From Vicugna vicugna (lineage: Eukaryota): a DNA stretch of 64,000 bases. Below the pieces are notes generated by a model, which had not been told where the DNA came from, searched no databases, and saw only the letters and a program-made list of their open reading frames with translations. The position numbers and the translations under genes are program-made. Location: contig MU061579.1 in NCBI GenBank assembly GCA_013265495.1, forward strand, positions 4,835,146 to 4,899,145. Reading direction: 5' to 3'. Shown one piece after another: positions 12,906 to 21,420 of the stretch (within the stretch, counting starts at the first letter, position 1; each line of letters begins with the position of its first letter).

Positions 12906-14881
12906 CTATTCTGAGTCGACCCCAGCCAGTCCAATGTGATTACTGGCTGGTGGCTCCAGCTGATAAGTAGGCCTTTTGGGGGGTGCTCTGTTTCCATCCT
13001 TTCTGTTTGGGCACTTGTTCTTCCAGTGTCCTGTCTCCTGGCAGTATGCGCACTGGTCTCGGCCCAGGGGCACCCATGGTTGGGGTCCCCTCTTCCGGGG
13101 TGGTGCAGGATTCTGGCTGAAGCTTGTTTTCCCCAGGGCTGCTGCAAGGAGTGCGGCTTTTTGCTTCATTCGCTGGTCTGCCTCTCGTTGGGCTTCCTGT
13201 TCTCGGTTTACAAAAACTTTGCTACTTCCAGCAGCTGTGTAGCGTTCATCCCTGCGAATCCATCCAGTTTTTGGAGTTTCCGGCATTTATCTGGGTATGT
13301 TTGGGCTACGAAGGCAGTGTTGACCATCCGCTGGTTTTCTTGGGCCTCAGGATCAAAAGGAGTGTAGACTCGGAATGCTTCACATAGTCTCTCGTAGAAG
13401 TCAGTGGGGGTCTCGTCTGGCCTCTGGGTCACTGTGGTCGTTTTAGACATGTTAATTGGCTTCTTGGCTCCCGCTCTTAGCCCTTGTAGGATGGCCTCCC
13501 GGTACTCACGTAGTGCTTCTCTTCCTTCTTGGGTGTTAAAGTCCCAATCTGGTCTGGTGTCAGGGGCATGTGTCATGGCCCACCCCTCAACATCCATTGC
13601 ATCCCCAGGGGCTTGGCCCTGCAGCCATTTTCGTGCTTCAGTGAGAATGCGTTTCCTCTTCTCCGTATTGAAAAGAGTCAGAAGCAGCTGGCGGACATCT
13701 TCCTAGGTCGGCAGGTGAGAATGGAAGATAGACTCTACGAGGTCACTCATAGCCTGCAGCTTGACAGCCTGATTACAGTCGTCACTTACCACCAAGTAGA
13801 AATCATTGTGGGCTGGACAGAGACCAAATATTCTCATGTCTTTGCGACAGAGCCCTATTACTATCCCAGCATCGCTTCGGGACTGGGCAGGGGCCGGCGC
13901 TCCCCAACAGTTGCCATGGAGGCAGCGGTGGCCCAGGTGGAGGCGGTGCCAGGGCTGCGGGGGATTCCGCTGCTGCTGTTGCCGGGCGGCTGTGGTCGCA
14001 GCTCCATCTGCTGCCGCTTGGCCTGGCTCCCCTTGACTTCCTCTGCAGCCCGCTCCGACACTTTTCACTCCTTTTCTTTGGAGGGCAGGCCAAAAATCCT
14101 GACCGGTTTACCAGTGGCTCTTTATCTGCTATTATTGTGGAAGCTCTTCTTCTTAATTTTGTTTAGACCATAATGTGATTGAAATGCCTGCAGTTTTTCA
14201 GAGCAGGAAGGAGTATAATGGCGCCAATTGAGAAGGGCTGTAGTGCTAAAGGGTTGGTAGCAGAGTACGGGGTGCCCTGGTTGAACAGTCCTGTTTTCCC
14301 CAACTTGTTGTGGCCCTTGTGTCTCCCGCAGCGGCATTTAGAGGGCCGGTGGTGCTGGCTTCCTGGTTTATGCTAACCGGCGTCTCCTTCCTACTGGCTC
14401 AGGCTGGGGGCTGGGCTCTGCCTCTGGGTCCTCAGGTTGGGGAGGTGTTGGTGTCCCAGGGGCATACGGAGGGGGCAGGTACATTTTGTTCTGTGTCTCC
14501 CTGGAAAATAGGCTTTTTTTTTAATCTGTCCTTTTTGGCCTGGACTGGCTGAGCTGCTAATATCTTGCATTGTCCAGGTCCATTTGAGCAGAACTGAATC
14601 CATGGGGGTAGATTTTGGGCAATATTTAGTCAGGAGTCAGTGTAAGGGAATTGATCTGGGTGGCCTGGGGTTCCAGTGATTATTTGATAGACTCCTCGCA
14701 CTGTTGCTAGGTCCAGAGTTCCTCCTGAGGGCCACCCGACTCCAAAGGCCGGCTGTTCAAGCTCACACAAAGTGCGGAGCATGCCAGGGGTCATTTGAAT
14801 TCCACAGTTTCCTGAGAACCCCTTTTTGAAATTCTTAATCATGCAGTCCAGAGTGGTAGGTTTCAACTTAGAGCCTCCCAT
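12906..14881 (-). pseudogene. gag: gag (MA-p12-CA-NC), disrupted and interrupted by a host-derived insert
   Basis: MA MGGSKLKPTTLDCMIKNFKKGF…GHPDQFPY; PPPY late domain near 14464-14475; CA start MPLRETQGP…YQPFSTTALLNW; MHR QRPDETPTDFYERLCEAF; single zinc knuckle [14 protein letters not shown] (13011-13052); amber stop at 12908-12906. Confidence 0.96.
13752..14193 (-). pseudogene. ATXN7: Captured, spliced, circularly permuted ataxin-7 fragment (putative circRNA-derived pseudogene)
   Basis: Translations match the ataxin-7 N-terminus as I recall it: (M)SERAAEEVK, GEP…AAAD…AARQQQQ, MATVGERRPLPSPEAMLG, GLCRKDMRIFGLCPAHNDFYLVVSDDCNQAVKLQA. The continuation QAFQSHY lies upstream, at the 5' end of the insert. 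No introns. Confidence 0.93.
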
Positions 14882-15706
14882 TCTTTTTAGATGTTTAAGG
14901 ATAATAGATCTGTTGCTTTAGATGTTTGGGAAGGTAGCCTTTATATCTTTTCCTTCTTCACTCTTCAAAACACCGGAGTTCCCAGAGAGACTGCTCTCTT
15001 GCTGGGTCTACGAGTTGTTTGAAGGCTAATTCGGTCAGGGAGTCTGGGTTCCAGTCACAGCTGATGTCTCTGGAGCTCAAGGCCTCAAGCAGTTCCAGGG
15101 ACTTTCTTCATTAAATCCTCTCTATATCCTGAACTAACATATCAGGGACATGGGACTGACAGTGGATGGTAAAACAAATGGACTAGAAAAGGGACCTCCA
15201 AGGCCGGGTGAGCCTGGTCCTGAAGTAATTTGTCTTCTAAACTTGAGTCCTGGGGGTCTGCGGCTAGGCAAAAGGGGCACTACTTGGGTCAGTTCGGTAG
15301 GGGAACAAGAAGTCTCGGGTGTTCTGTGACAGAATCAGGTAGGAGACTTTCTCAAAGAAGTAGCATCCTAGCCTCTGAGGGCACAGGGGCGTTGACTCAC
15401 TGGCTGTCTATGTCCTTTTCCCTCCCAGTGTAGCCACCCTGTGCCGGTGTCGCAGACAAGACAAGGGAGGGTTTTCGTTGTGTCCGCCTGGCCGCTCCCC
15501 TCGCAGGGACGAAGGTGCCTCTTAGCTTTGGCAGGTCAGTGTAAGCCGCTGACTCTGATCGGGACCTTGAGGGACCGATACCGCCCTGAGCCGTACGAGG
15601 TCACCACGGAACCGCAGGTTGGGACTCACTCGAACTCCGTAGCAGAAAGCCGTGGAGCTACAAACTTGAGCCTGATCGCATGCTTCACAGGCCGCTCATT
15701 CACTCA

Positions 15707-15708
<2 letters not shown>

Positions 15709-15742
<34 letters not shown>
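15709..15742. repeat. (CA)17 microsatellite in the ERV leader
   Basis: Read directly. Confidence 0.95.
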
Positions 15743-15748
<6 letters not shown>

Positions 15749-16060
15749 AACAACAGTCCTCCCACCAATACCAATATCCTGTTTCCTGTAGGAGGGGATC
15801 CGCCTCCTCTTCTGTCCGATGGGACAGGACCTGATACCTCCCGGGGGTTCCTACCTTGTCCGGACGGCCGCCTGGTGAGTCTGTCCATCTCTCCACGGAG
15901 TCTGGCTCTGGTTGTAGCCCAGCCACCTGGGGGCCGAGTTGCCATCACGAAGGAGAACCTAGAATACTGTCAGACGGCGCCACCTCGTTCGCTGCCGGAG
16001 TCCTGTCACCCGGTCGGCCGGAGCCACCAGTCCAGCGGCTTAAGGGGCCGGCATGGTTGT

Positions 16061-16078
16061 ATCTCACTGGGGCCTCCA
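16061..16078 (-). other. Primer-binding site, tRNA-Thr
   Basis: Minus strand TGGAGGCCCCAGTGAGAT, 4 nt after the 5' LTR. It is complementary (17/18, one CpG-type change) to the recalled 3' end ATCTCGCTGGGGCCTCCA of mammalian tRNA-Thr(TGT). Confidence 0.85.
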
Positions 16079-16082
16079 GAAA

Positions 16083-16495
16083 TGTTACGGAAATGACAGG
16101 CCAGCCAAGAAACAAGCACCACTCGGAGGGTTGGAGTACTCAGATGTATTACGCCGGTGGGCTCAGAGGGGCTTCTGCTCCGACGCTCTGAGCACCTCCA
16201 AGACGTGCACATGAGGTTTTATAGGGTAAAGTACCAACTTGGGCATTCGGCCAATAGGCATGAAACAGCTTTAGCAGCATTATCATAACAAAGGTCGAGG
16301 CGGGGAGGCAGCAAACCAACATTCCAAAGCCTGATATGTCTCTTTGAAAATCCAGCTGGCTAGCAAAAAAGCATGAACAGCAAACCAACACTAATTAACT
16401 TAGATTCACAAGTTAGTCCAGCAGAACTCAGATCAGTATTCTGATACTTGGATTTGTGAGTTATCTTGTTAGACCAGCCCAGTCTCTCCTTCACA
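16083..16495 (-). repeat. 5' LTR (413 bp)
   Basis: TG…CA termini, adjacent to the PBS, direct repeat of 10646-11060. Confidence 0.97.
16217..16223 (-). promoter_or_regulatory. LTR TATA box
   Basis: TATAAAA on the minus strand of the 5' LTR (TATAGAA in the 3' LTR); an inverted CCAAT lies at 16251-16255. Confidence 0.7.
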
Positions 16496-17009
16496 AGGCT
16501 ACACAATTTATCTGTAAACCACTAGATGCAAATAAACAAAAAATTTAGCAAAGTGAAGACCTGTGTTCTGCAGCATCCTTTAAGTGCATCCCAAATTTAA
16601 ATTCACTCACTCTAGCAGCATCAGAAGCATCAATCAGTGTTAGTTTTCTATCCTAAAATTTTTCTTTTTCTATTTTTCCAAGTTTATAAACCAATCTTTA
16701 AAAACTGGGGATCTTTAAGTTGTACAGCTAATTAAGTTGATTGGAGATAGCCCTTTTCAAATATATGGCAAGTAGGTGAGGAAGGAAACACGCATTTTAT
16801 GCAAGTAGATTCCTCCAAGGAGAAAGAGAGGCAAGGCATTTTCTGCACCCTTTTACATTGCCTCCCCTGGGGGAATGCCATGCTAAAGCATCTCGTTTTG
16901 AATGAAAGGAAGTATCTTCAATGAGAGAAGTTTTCCTTCCATTTTCAACCAAGAACCATGGTTGGCTTTTACTTCTGGGATGGGAATACGGAAAGCTCCA
17001 TTTCACTTC

Positions 17010-20000
17010 TAGTGAAACTAGTGTAATTGATGAAGAACATAAAGAAACATTTATGTAAAGTCTCCAGAAACCATCTTAAGGGTAGAGAGCAAATAAAGAA
17101 ATATTTATTCCAGAAAGTCTACGACAACTTGATAAGAAGCTAGTCTATGGGATCTAGCCATGACCTGCTCCCTGCCACTCCCCACGCCACCCACAGTTTA
17201 GCAAAAAGAAAGGCTCACTCTGGGTGGATGTGACCAAGAAGATAAGGCGCCCTCTCCATTCAGCTCTCCATCAGAGGGATACACTATCTCCTATAGAGGA
17301 GAAGAAGGACGTGAGCATTTGTGGTTGTGTCCAGTTTAAAGTTGAAGAGGCTAAATTGCTGGTGAGTGTGAGGAAATGGTGGGTACTCTCTTCCTCCATC
17401 CAGTCTCACTCATTCACTATAAATAAACCCCACGTTTGACAGGCTAAAATTTTGAAAGCCCATTCTCCCTCACATCAGCTTGCTAATAAGGCAGAGGTTC
17501 TACAAAGAAAGAGGCAAGCTGAGGAGACCAGAGACTATCATTCCACCCAATTACCTGTTTAGTAGCTTCGATATTCTTTTTCCTTGGCCCCAAAGCTCTC
17601 AAACTTCAAAGCCAGATTTTTTCATGGGAAAAAAAAAGAGAGTGTGGGGAAGTTCAAGCCTAAAGGTACTCTTTAACCAATTCCTTTTGTTTAAAAGCAA
17701 CAAGCTAAAGCATAGTCTTTGTCACTCCACCAGAGAGAACTGGAGAAAGAAAGCTAAGAAGAGACTTCAGAGGTCAGAAAGAACCTCAAAGACCACCCAC
17801 TCCCAAAAGCTATCACTGTCCCAATTTAATTGGATTAGACTCTAGAGTGGTTTATGCCATAAGGCCTTGTTGAAAACAATACAGTTATCAGCATGCAATT
17901 AGTGGATCCTAACAGCCTTTTGGAAAGCCACTTAGGCAGACAATTAACAGAGAGATCAGGGAAAGAGATAGCCAAGGAGAGCCCTTCTGAAACTGCTGGC
18001 ATCCCAGGGTAACTCTGAGCGATAATACCTCAGGCTGTGCCCTCCAAGCAGCAGCATCTGAGGGTTCACAGTTCAGGGAAAGAGCTTCACTGCAATAGTC
18101 TAGCCGGATCACTAACAAACATCAACAACTAAAACAAGTTCTGCTGAGAAGCGAGATAAATCACTATCCAGATTTTTTAAACTCCATTATCTAAAATGTT
18201 CAGTTTCAACAACAACTATATATAAATGTATATACATATACATATACATGTCATATTTTTTTGTTCCTCAATTCCTCCAATAATCCCTTCTTCTGTGGTT
18301 TATTGCATTTTTTCTAGTGCGTTTTTCTGGGTTACCTCCAAATACGTGTGTATGTATGTGTATATGTAAAACATGCAAAGAAACAGAACTGTATGACTCA
18401 CACACGGGAAAAGATAGGAAGCAGAAACGCCTGTGAGAGGACCAAGATGTTGGGGTTTCACCAAAGGCATCAAAGCAGCCATCATAAGTATATTCCAAGA
18501 CCAGGGAAACTATTAAAAAGTAAGGCAAGCTCTGATGCCAATGTCTCATCAAAAGTAAAGGCTGGACCAAAGCAGGACTAGTTTTGCATGCTACTGAAGC
18601 TGAGTTGGTAGCAAATCAAGCTAGGTTGTTAGAAATTTAGGATATTAATTAGAATCCCCGGGATAATAATTCAGAAAATTTTAAAAAAATACATAGAAAA
18701 GAAAAAATACATAGCAAATGAAAAGAAAAATACATAGAAAAGAAAAAAAAACAAAAAAATGCACTAGAAAAAAATACAATAAATCATAAAAGAAGGGATT
18801 ATTGGAGGAATGGAGGAATAAAAAAATATATATGTAAATAGCAAAATGGTAGAAGTAAGTCCTTTCCTATGAGTAATCACTTTAATTATACATGAATTAA
18901 ACTCATCAATTAAAAGACAGAGGCTGGTAGAATGGATAAAATATATAATCTGTTTATAGTTTGTCTGCAAGAGTTACCTTATACCCAGAGATACAAATAA
19001 GTTGAAAACAAAAGAAAGATATTTCACCCAAGTAGTAACCAAATAGAAACTGAAACGGCTATTCAAATATCAGGGGAAAAAAGCCCAAACAGACTTTATA
19101 TAGAGAAGGTTAATTGATAAATTGATTAAAGGGTCAAATTATCAAGAATGTATAAAATTATAAACACAGGCACACACAGATACTCATAGATTCCATGGCA
19201 AAGGCTCACGTCATGCATGGGAAGCACCAGAGTTGGTCAGGAGGCAGAGGATGTTGGGGAAGTTGTGGTCAAGAGCCTTTACTGTGGTGGTTTCTGTGGG
19301 AAGCAACAGGACGGGCAGTGACAGCAGGCTAGTCTGAATGATTTCCGTGGGCTCTGGGGCATAGTGGCTGTCCTTAGTTGTCTGGCGGTGAGTAGAGCAG
19401 GTGGAGGGGGCCTGGCATGCAAGAGTCCAGAAAAGGAGGTAGTTGGGGGTATGGCATCTGGACTGGCTGGTATGCATTTGCAGGCACACTTAGGAGTGAG
19501 CTTTTTACTATAGGCAGGAATTGGCTAACCCAGGGTGGGGCAGTCTCTCCAGGATCAGCAGGGCCCCAGATGTCAGAACATCAGAATATGTAAAATAAAA
19601 GACATGGTTAATAGAATGTTAGATTATTAGCAAAAGTATGAGACTATACTGATACAAGTGCTTGAATACATAGAGGGAGCCCTCCCATGCAGAGAAATGC
19701 CAAATGATTTTGGTAAATACTCTGCCTTTACAGAGGCAGAGCACAATTCCCCACTTCTTAAGTGTGGGCTGTGCACAGAGACCTTCTTCCAAAGAGGACA
19801 GTAGCTAAGGGAGAACAACAGAGTAGCTTTACGGTGGAGAAACAACTCCCCACGCTGGGAGATGAAGCTTAGCACCAACAGTGACTGGTCATTGATATCA
19901 CATGTCTTTGATGTGATGAGTTCAGAATTGCACTTCAGCTCTATATTTTTCCTTTCCAAAGTATATTATTCAAATTTAATCAAGAGAGAAAAATATCAGA

Positions 20001-20290
20001 CAAATTCTAATTGAGGGACATTCTACAAAATGTTAAAACACCTAACCAGTAATCCTCAAAATTGGCAAAGGCATAAAAAAACAAGGAAAGTCTGAGAAAT
20101 GGTCACAGCCAACAGAGCCTTGGGAAACTTGACGACTAAATGTAATGTGGTCTCCTGGATGAGATCTTGGGAAAACTGAATAAAGAATTGCCTTTAATTG
20201 ATAATTATATATCCATATCAGTTCATTTATTTTGACAAATACATCCTATTAATATAAAATGTTAATAATTGGGTAAATTGGATCTGGGGT
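17010..20290 (+). mobile_element. Fragmented ancient L1M (5' region, ORF2 start, 3' UTR) with later insertions; boundaries approximate
   Basis: ORF2-start-like text at ~18840-18950 (aatagcaaaatggtagaagtaagtcc…aattaaaagacagaggctggtagaatggataaaa); L1MC/MD-like 3' UTR at ~19680-20290 (cacaattccccacttcttaagtgtgggctgtgcac). Confidence 0.55.
19180..19615 (-). mobile_element. ERVL-class solo LTR, MER74-like
   Basis: Minus strand begins tattaaccatgtcttttattttac…ctgacatctggggccc…gagagactgccccaccctgggttagccaattcct, which resembles the recalled MER74 5' end. Confidence 0.6.
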
Positions 20291-21129
20291 TTATCTGAGT
20301 GTTTCTGGCTCAGGATTTCTTACAAGGTTGTAGTTAAACTACTGACCAGAGATGAAGTTATTTCCAGGGACTGACTAGAGATTCTCATTCCAAACTCAAT
20401 CAGATAGTTGCTGGCAGCAGTCTCAACTTTTGGGAAATCCACCAATGATAATAAATATTCTAATAAAAATAACCATAGATAATACTGACTGAGCACACTG
20501 TCAAGTGCTTGTATATTGTCTAATTTTATACTCACAGCGATCCTACTAAGTTAATATTATTGTTTGTGCATTGTGTGTTCATACAAGCAATGGTAAGAAT
20601 TGAAAGTGGAAAGCAAATGGTTTTAATTTTGGGAAACTTAAAAATTATTTACATGACTTCTTCCAAATAGCTTAATGGTTCCCATTTTGATAGAGTAAGG
20701 GAAAAGACAAAAAGACGAAAGAAAAAGCAACCCTGCATAAATTAGGAATATATGCAATAAAATTACTGTATACCTAACATAATATTTTTGTTAGAAGAAT
20801 GACAGATTATTTTGAAGAAAAATACATACAATAGAAAAAACAGGGCTAATAAATTTTTATATAATCTATACATCTGGACAATATTTTATTGTTGTTTTCA
20901 ATATATAGTACTTGATGTTATTTTTTTTTCTGTGAATATGACTGTACCCATGTGTTTGTTCATTTTTATTAATGTGTACTCACAGAATCTATAACCACAT
21001 GTGTGGTTCATTAGGTACTACATAACAACCATACTGAAACATTTCACTCTTTGAACTTGGTCCAAAGAAGAGGCTGAGGCTGTGACTGTAAAATCCTCTG
21101 TAAAGATCTCTGAAAGGTGAAAGGTGTTG

Positions 21130-21420
21130 TTGCCTACACAGAGACCTATGTGGCAAGGAACTGAGGGAGGCTTGTGCTAACAGCCACTCAGTTCAACAAC
21201 CTTCCAGAATCTGAGTTACGTCAATAAAGTGAATTTGCTTAGAGATGGATCCTCTTCCAGTTGAGCGTCCAGATGAAACTGCAGCCCCGGTCAACAGTTC
21301 TACTGCAACCTCAGAGGACACCCTGAGGTAGAACCACTCAACTAAGCCCCTTCTGTATTTTTTGGGTTTCGTTTGTTTGTTTGTTTGTTTTGTTTGTTTG
21401 TTATGCTACAGCAGAAAATC
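21130..21420 (+). mobile_element. MaLR (MLT1) LTR fragment
   Basis: ctatgtggcaaggaactgagggaggc…ccagttgagcgtccagatgaaactgcagcccc…ttgttatgctacagcagaaaa. Confidence 0.6.

Larger units (their letters stand above)
10646..16495 (-). mobile_element. Class I (gammaretrovirus-like) endogenous retrovirus, internally deleted provirus
   Basis: Two TG…CA LTRs; identical 4-bp TSD AGGC at 10642-10645 and 16496-16499; PBS, PPT, and gag-pro/IN-env remnants in canonical order on the minus strand. Confidence 0.98.

Noticed and set aside
13970..13981. ATXN7 CAG/polyQ tract as an expanded repeat
   Set aside because: It has only four Gln codons (CAA CAG CAG CAG), so there is no expansion.
13529..14173. 214-aa plus-strand ORF (longest in the track) and other antisense ORFs over the ERV
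   Set aside because: These are antisense shadows of GC-rich gag/ATXN7 coding sequence, with a non-ATG start and no recognisable domain.
13752..14193. The real ATXN7 gene, or a conventional L1-made processed pseudogene
   Set aside because: There are no introns and no other ATXN7 exons in the window. Exon order is permuted, there is no poly(A), and the flanking repeat is internal ATXN7/gag homology rather than an AT-rich L1 target site.
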